Assembly (NCBI GenBank): GCA_021162685.1
Contig: JAGGYF010000042.1
Location: 1-34,177 of the forward strand
From: Candidatus Iainarchaeum sp.
GTDB lineage: Archaea > B1Sed10-29 > WALL01
DNA: 34,177 nucleotides
Reading direction: 5' to 3'
The notes under the pieces were generated by a model. The model had not been told where the DNA came from. It saw only the letters and a program-made list of their open reading frames with translations, and made no database searches. Numbering within the stretch: the stretch's first letter is position 1; each line of letters opens with the position of its first letter. This document shows positions 7,832 through 16,362 of this stretch, piece by piece. The translations under genes and the position numbers were made by a program.

Positions 7832-8926
7832 ATGGATAGAAAGCTAATCCGCATAGTGCTATTACTTCTTGCTATATACCTCTTTCTTCTCTCAATAAAG
7901 CTCATGGGCTCTGGTTTTAAGGCATTGGGTACAGAATTCGCAAAAAGCGTGATCGCGACGACCTCAAATCCGATTGTTGGATTGTTTATAGGTATCCTGG
8001 TTACCACGGTTGTGCAGTCATCCTCATGCACCACATCATTAGTTGTTGCGCTTGTTGGAAGCGGAGCTATGACTATAGCAAATGCTATACCTATTATCAT
8101 GGGAGCGAATATGGGGACAACTGTCACAAATACAATTGTTTCCTTTGGGCACATCACACGGAGAACAGAGTTTCAAAAAGCATTTGGTGGTGCAGTTGTA
8201 CATGATATCTTCAACCTTCTTTCTGTTCTTGTGTTACTTCCATTAGAGATGGTTTTACATCCAATACAAACGATATCAACTATGCTCGCAGATGCGTTCT
8301 ATGGTATAGGTGGTTTTACATTTACAAGTCCACTGCATGTGATAATTGACCCAGCAAAACATTATGTTATTGCTATATTAGAATCTATTTTTGGGAATAA
8401 TCCTGTAGCCATTATTGTGTTTGCATTAGCACTTTTGTTTCTTTCCTTAAAGATTATTGTGGACTCCATGCGTTCTGTTGTACTCAGTGAAATTGAGACA
8501 CTTATTGATTCATTTCTCTTCAGGAATGGGTGGACAGGGTTTTTTACTGGTTTGTTCTTTACAGCAGTTGTCCAATCAAGTTCTGTTACAACATCCATTG
8601 TCATACCGCTAATAGGGGCAGGCCTACTTTCTATTGAGAAGGTATTTCCTTATGTTCTAGGCGCAAATGTTGGAACAACAATAACGGCAATTCTTGCAGC
8701 ATTAGCGATCTCAGGACCAACAGCAAAAGCAGCAATAACCACTGCATTTGCCCATCTTACCTTTAATCTGCTTGGTATTGCGTTATGGTATCCTCTACGA
8801 AGAGTACCAATCGCATTGGCAAAAAGGCTTTCTGGAATTATTCTTATATCAAGAAAATATGCAATTGCATATGTACTAACAGTATTCTATTTAATACCCA
8901 TTGCATTAGTATTTATACTAAGGTGA
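7832..8926 (+). CDS. Na+/phosphate cotransporter (NptA/SLC34 family)
   Basis: Two repeats of QSSS..TS and GAN(M/V)GTT; polytopic membrane protein. Confidence 0.93.
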   Translation: MDRKLIRIVLLLLAIYLFLLSIKLMGSGFKALGTEFAKSVIATTSNPIVGLFIGILVTTVVQSSSCTTSLVVALVGSGAMTIANAIPIIMGANMGTTVTNTIVSFGHITRRTEFQKAFGGAVVHDIFNLLSVLVLLPLEMVLHPIQTISTMLADAFYGIGGFTFTSPLHVIIDPAKHYVIAILESIFGNNPVAIIVFALALLFLSLKIIVDSMRSVVLSEIETLIDSFLFRNGWTGFFTGLFFTAVVQSSSVTTSIVIPLIGAGLLSIEKVFPYVLGANVGTTITAILAALAISGPTAKAAITTAFAHLTFNLLGIALWYPLRRVPIALAKRLSGIILISRKYAIAYVLTVFYLIPIALVFILR

Positions 8927-8931
8927 GAGAG

Positions 8932-9606
8932 ATGGTGTTTAAGGAGATATATGATGTTTGGACCAAAGAGGTTTTGTTGAGGAAGGCATTTGAGAAAACA
9001 TTGAAGATGATGGATAAGGATAAGGAAGCGTTTTCTCTGGCGTATAATGCTCTTATCAAAAACATAGATGAGCATATTGAAAAGGTTGTTAAGGATGAGG
9101 ATAGGGTAGATAAGTATATGCAGGATGTGCGAAGAGAGATACTAGAATACCTTGCTGTTAATTCTGCCCCGGATGTTGCCGCATCTCTCATACTCACTAC
9201 TGTGATTATATCATTGGAGAGGATAGGGGACTACTCAGAGGACATGACAAAACTAGCAGTGAGGTATCCAAAGAAGGTGAGTGAAAAGAAATACCTTGAA
9301 GCATTTGATTCAATATACGAGCGCATTATCAAGCTGTTTGATATGACGAAAAAGGCATTTGCCGATTCTGATGAAGAGGTCGCAAAAGAGGCCATCGCAT
9401 TATATATGAGCATAAAGAAGGACTGTAACACCCTTTATGATAAATTGGAAAAAGAGAAGAGGATGGAACCTAGAACAGCTATGATCTATGCTTTATTGAC
9501 AAGGTACTTGCAGAGGGTTGGAGCCCATTTGAATAACATAAATACCACAGTGGTAAATCCCTTCCCGCTTGCTGGGTCAAAGAAGGCGGTTAAAAGGGTT
9601 GAGTGA
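8932..9606 (+). CDS. phoU: PhoU-family phosphate uptake regulator
   Basis: EDRVD, LERIGDY and YLQRVGAH motifs. Start at 8932 follows the SD AGGTGA; in an operon with the Na/Pi symporter. Confidence 0.88.
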   Translation: MVFKEIYDVWTKEVLLRKAFEKTLKMMDKDKEAFSLAYNALIKNIDEHIEKVVKDEDRVDKYMQDVRREILEYLAVNSAPDVAASLILTTVIISLERIGDYSEDMTKLAVRYPKKVSEKKYLEAFDSIYERIIKLFDMTKKAFADSDEEVAKEAIALYMSIKKDCNTLYDKLEKEKRMEPRTAMIYALLTRYLQRVGAHLNNINTTVVNPFPLAGSKKAVKRVE

Positions 9607-9608
9607 AA

Positions 9609-10550
9609 CTAAACAACCTTAGCTCCATCAGCAAGTTTATAAGGAGTAGGAGATATCCTGTATTCTTCAAAAGCTAAAATAACGTCCTCTCTGTCTTTAG
9701 AGCGACATGCAACCACAATTTGACTACCCCCTCCCATGGTATAGTATGCATCAACGCCGCTTGTTCGGAGGTCTGTTACAATATCACATACTCGTTTTAC
9801 CTCTTCATTTCTTATGTCTATTCCTTGGCTCAAAAGAAGAGCATATGCTTCATCTATGTCTTCTTGTGCAACCCTAAATGCCCCCATAAAATCCTTTTTT
9901 ATTATCCTTCTCTCAATTTTATGGCATCTTTTATTGCAGTTGCTTACTCTCTCTTCAAACTGTGGTGAGGCAAGCATTGCTCTATGTATCTTTTCTGACT
10001 CAATCCTAGCCTTTTCAAATGAAAAACCAAACAAGGATACACCTACCAATTCTTTTGGATTTAAAAGTTGTTTCCCTCCTACTTCTGGATATTGCGAAAC
10101 ATCTATCTTGCTTATCCCGCCCAACAAACTTCGTGGGGATGAAGCAGACGCATTGATAATTATAGACACCTTCTCATTAATTGTCAGATTTAATTCAAAA
10201 AGATCGTCCAGTGCCTGTATAAGTGCAGCAGCCCCAGATGCAGAACTCCCACTTTTTATGTTATAGTTTCTAGATTGTATACGAACTCCAGAGTTACCAA
10301 CAATTTTCAATACAGTGTGCACTATACGCAACATTGGTTTTGCCTTTTCCCCACTTATCTCACTATCATTAACATAAAACTTGGTTCCGGTCTTTGAAAG
10401 TGTGGCCTCTGTTACTGTTTTCATATTCTCATCCAAGGTAGTAACTGCCATACCTATTGTATTGTGGTAAGGCGATCTATCGCCCCTTAACCCAGCCAAA
10501 AATATTAGGGGTACTGCAGGATATGCTTCAGAAACTGCTTTTGACTTCAT
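9609..10550 (-). CDS. Mevalonate-3-kinase-family paralog (GHMP/MDD fold), substrate uncertain
   Basis: AYPAVPLIFLAG, KSGSSASGAAA, SASSPRSLLGG, YTMGGGSQ. Visibly paralogous to 11377-12384. ATGA overlap with the upstream gene. Confidence 0.8.
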   Translation of the reverse strand: MKSKAVSEAYPAVPLIFLAGLRGDRSPYHNTIGMAVTTLDENMKTVTEATLSKTGTKFYVNDSEISGEKAKPMLRIVHTVLKIVGNSGVRIQSRNYNIKSGSSASGAAALIQALDDLFELNLTINEKVSIIINASASSPRSLLGGISKIDVSQYPEVGGKQLLNPKELVGVSLFGFSFEKARIESEKIHRAMLASPQFEERVSNCNKRCHKIERRIIKKDFMGAFRVAQEDIDEAYALLLSQGIDIRNEEVKRVCDIVTDLRTSGVDAYYTMGGGSQIVVACRSKDREDVILAFEEYRISPTPYKLADGAKVV

Positions 10551-11368
10551 TTTTCTCCCACCAGCTTGGCTACCCTATCCATTATAACATCAAGAGCCTG
10601 TTCAAGTGTTTGGTGGAAATCCTCATTTTTTATTATGGGTATATCCCACTCTTTTGCTTTTTCCAATAATCTATCCTGCATTATCCTGTATTTATCAAGT
10701 TGGTTTATAAGTCGTTGAGGGTCGCTCTTTATGTGCGCAAATTCGTTTCTGGATAGGATCCTCTCCTTGTGCTTTTCTATATCGTCTATGTGCAACACCA
10801 TTGGTATAATATTCCTTTTTTTCAATATGTCACTCTCAAAAGTATGAGGCAAGAAATGGAGATATTCAATAACCATATTTTCCCCATCGCGTACACACCT
10901 CTCCATGAGTTTACCCATACATTTGTTCATAATTCGCGATTGTTCCTCATATCCTTTTATGATTGAGTCTTTTGTGGGTTTATCGCTAAAATACTGCCAT
11001 GTATTATACACACTTGTAAATAGAACAGGATGTTCCTCCTTTTTAAGAATCCCACGCAGAAATTCACGAAGAGCATCTCCTCCCATCATCACCCTTATTC
11101 CTAAACTTTTCGCGATTTCTGATGCAAGTGTTGTTTTGCCAGTTCCTGGTAACCCAGCAACAACTATTACCAACGGCTCTTTCAGTTCCCCTGAAATTGT
11201 TTTTTCTAGATATTTTCTCCATATCTTATATCTCCTAACATACTGCGGCCCAAACCTCCCTAACTCCTTCACTATTTTTTCGTGGGGTTCGCCAATAAGA
11301 TGTTTTATCCTTTCAATTGGCAGTCCAGATGCCCTTACTGCCTCTTTTGTTATATCTATGCCTGGCAT
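10547..11368 (-). CDS. 2-phosphoglycerate-kinase-family P-loop kinase; probable mevalonate-3-phosphate 5-kinase
   Basis: GLPGTGKT, DALREFLR, VIEYLH, YRIMQDRL. The family includes Thermoplasma M3P5K, and the gene sits between two M3K-like genes. Confidence 0.78.
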   Translation of the reverse strand: MPGIDITKEAVRASGLPIERIKHLIGEPHEKIVKELGRFGPQYVRRYKIWRKYLEKTISGELKEPLVIVVAGLPGTGKTTLASEIAKSLGIRVMMGGDALREFLRGILKKEEHPVLFTSVYNTWQYFSDKPTKDSIIKGYEEQSRIMNKCMGKLMERCVRDGENMVIEYLHFLPHTFESDILKKRNIIPMVLHIDDIEKHKERILSRNEFAHIKSDPQRLINQLDKYRIMQDRLLEKAKEWDIPIIKNEDFHQTLEQALDVIMDRVAKLVGEK

Positions 11369-11376
11369 ATGGTCAC

Positions 11377-12384
11377 CTATATCCTCCTGACAACGCGGGG
11401 TGAGGGCGCTACTTTACATTCCCTAAAGGAATAGTTGTTTCTCTCTAGGAAATTTCTTATGTGGTCGGCGTGGTCTTTGTGTACTAATATAGATATTTGA
11501 TTTCCACCCCCTGCTGTTGGTACTGCTATTACTCCTCTCTCCTTAGCAATCTTCTTCACATCTTCCCATAGCTCCCGCATTGGGCCTTTTCTTACAACTA
11601 ACCCTCTATCCTCCAATAACTCATGTGCATTTTCAACATCTTCAAGGATTAGGTCAAACATGCGTTTTATGTTCCCTTCTTTGAATGCCTTTTTGATTTC
11701 TAACACCCTCCTTGGTGTTTCCCTCATCCTTATCTTATAATCGGGATGTTTTACTATTTCTTGATGGATCTCATCCGCAGTTATCCTTGTCTTGAACAGA
11801 GGAGATTCATTTTTATATTTTGGTTCTCCTTCCGGTGCATTGAATGGAACAAGAAAAATACGTATGTCCTTTAAATCTTCATGTGATGCAACAGGTATGC
11901 CCCTCACTTCAGGATAGTTATCCACATTTGTTTCACTCAACCCACCTAATAAACTTCTTTGAACAGACTCGGAACCCATCTTCCCATACTTTATCTTTTC
12001 TTCCTTGCTCATGTTTAACCCAAATAGCTCATCAATAGCAGTAACAAGAGCAGCAACACCAGAGTCAGATGAACCGCTTTTTATGTTATGGTTTACAGAT
12101 TCAATTCTAACACCAGACCTTATGCCTTTTTCTGAGAGTATCCTCTTAACCATATTTTTTATATCTTCGCCACGTTTTCCACTGATTTCTTTCCCATTTA
12201 CAAACAGATGAATGCCCTCTTCTTCAGGTAATTGCTTGGCCTTTGTAACTGTCTTCATATCCTCTTCGAGGGTAGTGATTGCCAACCCCATGGAATTGAG
12301 CCTTGGTGCCCTATCCTCTCGTATTCCCCCCAAAAACACAACAGGTATAGTTGGGAACGCTTCTACCTCAACTTCGTTGTACAT
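11377..12384 (-). CDS. Mevalonate 3-kinase (Thermoplasma Ta1305-like)
   Basis: AFPTIPVVFLGG, SGSSDSG, SESVQRSLLGG and R.....IH match the recalled Ta1305 motifs (AYPTIGVVLLGG, SGSSDAG, SESAGRSLFGG). It lacks the decarboxylase Lys and Asp. Confidence 0.85.
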   Translation of the reverse strand: MYNEVEVEAFPTIPVVFLGGIREDRAPRLNSMGLAITTLEEDMKTVTKAKQLPEEEGIHLFVNGKEISGKRGEDIKNMVKRILSEKGIRSGVRIESVNHNIKSGSSDSGVAALVTAIDELFGLNMSKEEKIKYGKMGSESVQRSLLGGLSETNVDNYPEVRGIPVASHEDLKDIRIFLVPFNAPEGEPKYKNESPLFKTRITADEIHQEIVKHPDYKIRMRETPRRVLEIKKAFKEGNIKRMFDLILEDVENAHELLEDRGLVVRKGPMRELWEDVKKIAKERGVIAVPTAGGGNQISILVHKDHADHIRNFLERNNYSFRECKVAPSPRVVRRI

Positions 12385-12512
12385 AACTAATCCCCCTATC
12401 GTTAACCATAACCTTTATAAATGATTTTAAATAAAAACTTTACACCTATTTTTGCAGATAAATAGGTCTGGAGGTGAAGTCATGGAAACAGAAGCTACAG
12501 GAGGGGAGGGCG

Positions 12513-12851
12513 ATGGCAATCGGCGTCCACATACTTGCAGAGTTCTACGAGTGCAATCCAGACCTACTGGCTACGGTGGATCCTGTTAGAGAGATTCTTG
12601 AGAGCACTGTAGAAGAGGCAAAGCTGAGTAAACTCCATTCGCACTATCATCAGTTTGAGCCATACGGAGTTACAGGTTTTGTTTTACTCGCAGAATCTCA
12701 TATCAGTATACACACCTGGCCAGAGCACGGGTATTGCGCAGTAGATGTTTTCACATGCGGAGAAGAAGGAGACGCCGAACTTGCCTATAAGCTCCTTAAA
12801 GAGAAACTTAAACCAGGGAGAGTTAATAGAGAGAAAAAGGTAAGAGGATGA
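12513..12851 (+). CDS. speD: S-adenosylmethionine decarboxylase proenzyme (pyruvoyl-dependent, prokaryotic type)
   Basis: GVHILAEFYEC, LAE^SHISIHTWPE, VDVFTCG. GGAGG lies 8 nt upstream of ATG 12513. Confidence 0.93.
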   Translation: MAIGVHILAEFYECNPDLLATVDPVREILESTVEEAKLSKLHSHYHQFEPYGVTGFVLLAESHISIHTWPEHGYCAVDVFTCGEEGDAELAYKLLKEKLKPGRVNREKKVRG

Positions 12852-13210
12852 GAACAGTAGGCCTTATAGAGCCAGTAGTTGTAGTAGGCAAGAAAAGGAT
12901 AAAGGTACTTGGTAAGTTTGACACTGGAGCATTCAGAACAAGTATTGATGAAAAAGTCGCAAAGAAGGCAGGGTTCAGAGCGGTTGGAAAAGTGAAAACG
13001 AAAAGCGCATTATCCAAAGGAAGGAGAAGAAAATTAGTAAAAGCAAAGATACAGATAGGTAACAAAATATTTGATGTTGAGGCAAGTGTAAGCAAGAGAG
13101 AGCATTCTATTGCAAAAGTGCTTATTGGTAGGGACATACTCTTCAAGAACTTTGTTGTTGATGTTTCAAAAAGACATTCAAGTCCAAAAGAAAGGGACTT
13201 TAAGATTTAG
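12848..13210 (+). CDS. RimK-associated retropepsin-like protease (RimB / RimK-LysX-associated family)
   Basis: VGLIEPV, KFDTGAFRTSID, VLIGRDIL..FVVD. ATGA overlap with speD. Confidence 0.85.
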   Translation: MRTVGLIEPVVVVGKKRIKVLGKFDTGAFRTSIDEKVAKKAGFRAVGKVKTKSALSKGRRRKLVKAKIQIGNKIFDVEASVSKREHSIAKVLIGRDILFKNFVVDVSKRHSSPKERDFKI

Positions 13211-14078
13211 CGCGCTCATAGATAAATTTCATTACAGTGTCATAAAGGTCTAATTTTGCAACCGTGCTTATGCCCTTAAGGCTCGGTCCATCGTTGATCT
13301 CAATCAGCACTGGTCCTCTCTCACTTGGTATAATATCTACGCCACATACTTCCATACCTATGGTGCTTGCTGCCTTTATCGCAATTTCTTCTTCTTCTGG
13401 TGTTGGTTTTAATGGTTCTGGTTTCCCACCTATTGTTATATTCGTTCTGAATTCCCCTTCTTTTACTGCCTTTCTCTTCATAGCAGCTGCAACTTGTTCC
13501 CCAACGACGAATAGTCTGTGGTCTTCACCAGGGTTTTTTATAAATTCTTCAACAGTAACAATTTGTTTTAATCTTGACATTGCATCTATGATGGGAGCAA
13601 AATCGCTTTGTGATGAAACCAACATGACACCCTTTCCTCCCATACCTCCTAAAAGTTTCACTACTACTGGAAATTCAAAATCTTTAACTACATCTTCAAC
13701 AACCTTCGGAGAGGTAACTAAAACAGCTTTTGGTGTTGGTAGTCCTGCTTCTGACATTACCTTTAATGTGTAAAATTTGTTTTTGGCTATGGTTATTGCG
13801 TCTGCCTGCACAGGGGAGTAAACCCCAGAATCAGCGAGCATGTCCATAATGATTGGAGCATAATCTATATCAGGAGAGGATGAACGAGGGTATGCTGCAT
13901 CAAACTCACATAGGTTGTAGTTTTTGTAGACTACTCTATTGTTTCCTTTATCTACTACTGCTCTTATCTCTGGGAATGGGGCTTGTACGCATTCTTTAAA
14001 GTATTTTTTTCCAGCATCTATTATCTTCTGGTTCACTTCCTTGTATGTTCTTGAACCTGAAAGTAGAACAAATCTCAT
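13200..14078 (-). CDS. RimK-family ATP-grasp amino-acid (glutamate) ligase
   Basis: AKNKFYT, PVVVKLLGGMGGKGV, EEFI...EDHRLFVVG, FRTNITIGG, GVDI, IEINDGP. Start at 14078 forms an ATGA overlap with the upstream gene. Confidence 0.92.
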   Translation of the reverse strand: MRFVLLSGSRTYKEVNQKIIDAGKKYFKECVQAPFPEIRAVVDKGNNRVVYKNYNLCEFDAAYPRSSSPDIDYAPIIMDMLADSGVYSPVQADAITIAKNKFYTLKVMSEAGLPTPKAVLVTSPKVVEDVVKDFEFPVVVKLLGGMGGKGVMLVSSQSDFAPIIDAMSRLKQIVTVEEFIKNPGEDHRLFVVGEQVAAAMKRKAVKEGEFRTNITIGGKPEPLKPTPEEEEIAIKAASTIGMEVCGVDIIPSERGPVLIEINDGPSLKGISTVAKLDLYDTVMKFIYERAKS

Positions 14079-15556
14079 GGCTTCCACAACCTTTCTATTC
14101 TTTCTGTTTCTGCTGCTCGGTATTCATCTAAAAACTCTCTTAGGTATTCTGGGAATACATCCTTCACGCGCTTTGATTCTCTGAATATCTGTTTCAATTT
14201 TCTTTCTAGTCCCTTGCTAATCTTTTTGTAGTGGATGGGGTCTGAGTAGTATAATTTATTCTTAATACGCCAGTAGGCTTTTGTTCCACGTGGTGCGTAT
14301 ACTACATAACCTCTCTCTTCTCCTTCAAATGGGCCCATTGCTCTTTCCATGTCCTTGTAGTTTACCAGATAAACACCGCCCGTTTCTTTATTTGGGTCTA
14401 TGATAAGCAATTCGTCACCCTCCACACCCACGCACAATACAGCATGTTTTTGGTCCCTCTTTACTCCTGGGAAGAGTGCAGCTTTGTAAAAGTTCAGTAC
14501 AACAAGTCCACCCTCAGAGAGCCATGCCCTAACCTCATCTCTGAGATTTATAATCTCTTTGTATGGAACAAAAATACCTGCGACATTGCCCTTTGTTAAC
14601 TTATCTACTGCCTTTATTGCATTGGATACTGTTGTTCCACCAGGAACTTTTGTTTTTGCCTCTTTTGCAATTGTCTTTTGTCCGCCTTCTATGTGGAATC
14701 CGAACAGGTCTAAGATCATGTTAAGAACTGCCGGAACGCAATACGATTTTTCTTGGGCAACATAATGCCTGCGCATTGATTCCATTGTTTTGATGTCAAA
14801 TCTTGACTTTTTTATTCGCACTTCTTTTTCTACGATCTTTGCATTTGGTATGGAGATGTAATATCCTCTGCCCGTGTCTATGATTACAGACGTTGATGAT
14901 ATGTCTATAACCTCCCCATCTGCATCATCAACAAAGATACGCTGCCCAAGCTTTACAAGTTTTGAGCTTTTTATGTAGAAACCAGCAAGCCAGTTCCTCG
15001 TAATGTCCTTTGATGCAAAGAAGATAAGGGCAACCACAAGGAATGCAAACCCATAACTTATTGCTGACAAAGAACTTTCAACAACACTCTTTGGTATTCC
15101 GAGTTGAGCAAGTGATATCTGTATTACAATGATGTATAAAAAGAGACGAAGGCCCATGAGTACGAAGTTTACAACTGGCTCATCTATGCCCATACCTTTG
15201 AGGTAAATCTGGAATTTCATTCCCCTGAATGTTACTGTTAAGATTTCCATGATGAGATTAACAATCATTGTTCCGAGGATTAGTATAAGCAACGTTGATA
15301 GGAGTATGGGAGCATAATTGCTCAAACTCGCAAGTAGTCTTTCTGTTATACCTGGGTCTAAAAAGAAAACCGCGATGAAAATTGTTGCTACGAATAGTAG
15401 GTATTCAATGGTTTTGACGAGTATCTTTGCCATGCCTGGCTTTTTTGTTATGGGCGAGCAAGCAATGGAAAATAATCGGACAATTGTAACTCCAACTAAT
15501 AGGATTAAGACTACTTCAAATGCCTTCAGTATTGCTGGAGGAACATACTCTATCAT
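14075..15556 (-). CDS. MscS-like membrane protein fused to a C-terminal C39-like cysteine peptidase
   Basis: About 5 TM helices, then KDITRNWLAG..GQRIFV..GEVIDI..IPNAKI (MscS TM3 and beta domain). This is followed by Q268-EKSY-C273, GGTT, H371-AVL and D387-P. Confidence 0.85.
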   Translation of the reverse strand: MIEYVPPAILKAFEVVLILLVGVTIVRLFSIACSPITKKPGMAKILVKTIEYLLFVATIFIAVFFLDPGITERLLASLSNYAPILLSTLLILILGTMIVNLIMEILTVTFRGMKFQIYLKGMGIDEPVVNFVLMGLRLFLYIIVIQISLAQLGIPKSVVESSLSAISYGFAFLVVALIFFASKDITRNWLAGFYIKSSKLVKLGQRIFVDDADGEVIDISSTSVIIDTGRGYYISIPNAKIVEKEVRIKKSRFDIKTMESMRRHYVAQEKSYCVPAVLNMILDLFGFHIEGGQKTIAKEAKTKVPGGTTVSNAIKAVDKLTKGNVAGIFVPYKEIINLRDEVRAWLSEGGLVVLNFYKAALFPGVKRDQKHAVLCVGVEGDELLIIDPNKETGGVYLVNYKDMERAMGPFEGEERGYVVYAPRGTKAYWRIKNKLYYSDPIHYKKISKGLERKLKQIFRESKRVKDVFPEYLREFLDEYRAAETERIERLWKP

Positions 15557-15603
15557 GATATCACACTCTCTTTTTATCCAAATGGGGTTTAAAAGAGTTT
15601 ATA

Positions 15604-15786
15604 TTAAATCCATCCTTTACAGTTCTTACTCCCACAGTTGCATTTCATAGTAAATCCAGGTTCTGATTCATCCCTATAATCTGTTGTTATTTCTTCGCCT
15701 TTTTTTATATCTCTTTTTGCAATGTAACAAAACGTTTGTTATTCTTCTTTTGTTAAGGTTTTATGGCTTTTTGAAAAACTAAACAT
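15604..15786 (-). pseudogene. SET/post-SET domain remnant
   Basis: In-frame MFSFSKSHKTLTKEE*QTFCYIAKRDIKKGEEITTDY...MKCNCGSKNCKGWI*. SET C-terminal and post-SET CxCx4C motifs are present; the NHSC core is missing. Confidence 0.8.
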
Positions 15787-15815
15787 TTAAATTTAACTTA
15801 TGAGAAAACTTAGCC

Positions 15816-16349
15816 ATGAATTCTAGACCATCAAAAGACCAATATTATTTGGATATAGCAAAGGCAGTGGCAGAACGTTCTCCATGTATCAGAAGAAAAT
15901 TTGGAGCGATAATAGTAAGAAATGATGCCATAGTCAGTACTGGGTATAATGGTCCTCCAAGAGGGGGAGTAAACTGCTTTGAGATTGGTTGCTTAAAGGA
16001 TGAGATGGATATCCCAAGCTGGCGAGGATACGATTTTTGTCCAGCAGTTCATGCAGAGGAGAATTCAGTTGTAAATGCTGCAAGGCACGGCACCTCTGTA
16101 ATAGGAGGAGTACTCTATATATATGGGATAGATTCAAAAACAGGCAAGCCCACAATTTCTCATCCATGTGATAGATGCAAACGTGTTCTTATCAATGCTG
16201 GCATAAAACAGGTTATTACAATGGATGAGAATGGAAATATTGTGAAATATGATGTAGCAGATTGGATAAAAGAAGATACAGATAAATATGTGCATAAACT
16301 GCAAGAAGTAAGGGAGAAAAAGGAACAGAAAGACTTTAAAGAAGTATAG
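15816..16349 (+). CDS. dCMP deaminase family protein
   Basis: RSPC.RR.FGA, TGYNG, HAEEN, PCDRC. Confidence 0.92.
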   Translation: MNSRPSKDQYYLDIAKAVAERSPCIRRKFGAIIVRNDAIVSTGYNGPPRGGVNCFEIGCLKDEMDIPSWRGYDFCPAVHAEENSVVNAARHGTSVIGGVLYIYGIDSKTGKPTISHPCDRCKRVLINAGIKQVITMDENGNIVKYDVADWIKEDTDKYVHKLQEVREKKEQKDFKEV

Positions 16350-16362
16350 TATATAGCTAATT

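Noticed and set aside
9609-12384. Annotating the GHMP genes as canonical diphosphomevalonate decarboxylases
   Set aside because: Both lack the KYWG Lys and the DAGPN Asp; the motifs match the M3K subfamily.
12482-12589. uORF METEATGG... as a double-glycine RiPP precursor for the C39/ATP-grasp pair
   Set aside because: The leader is too short, most codons are constrained by the overlapping speD, and there is no graspetide-like core.
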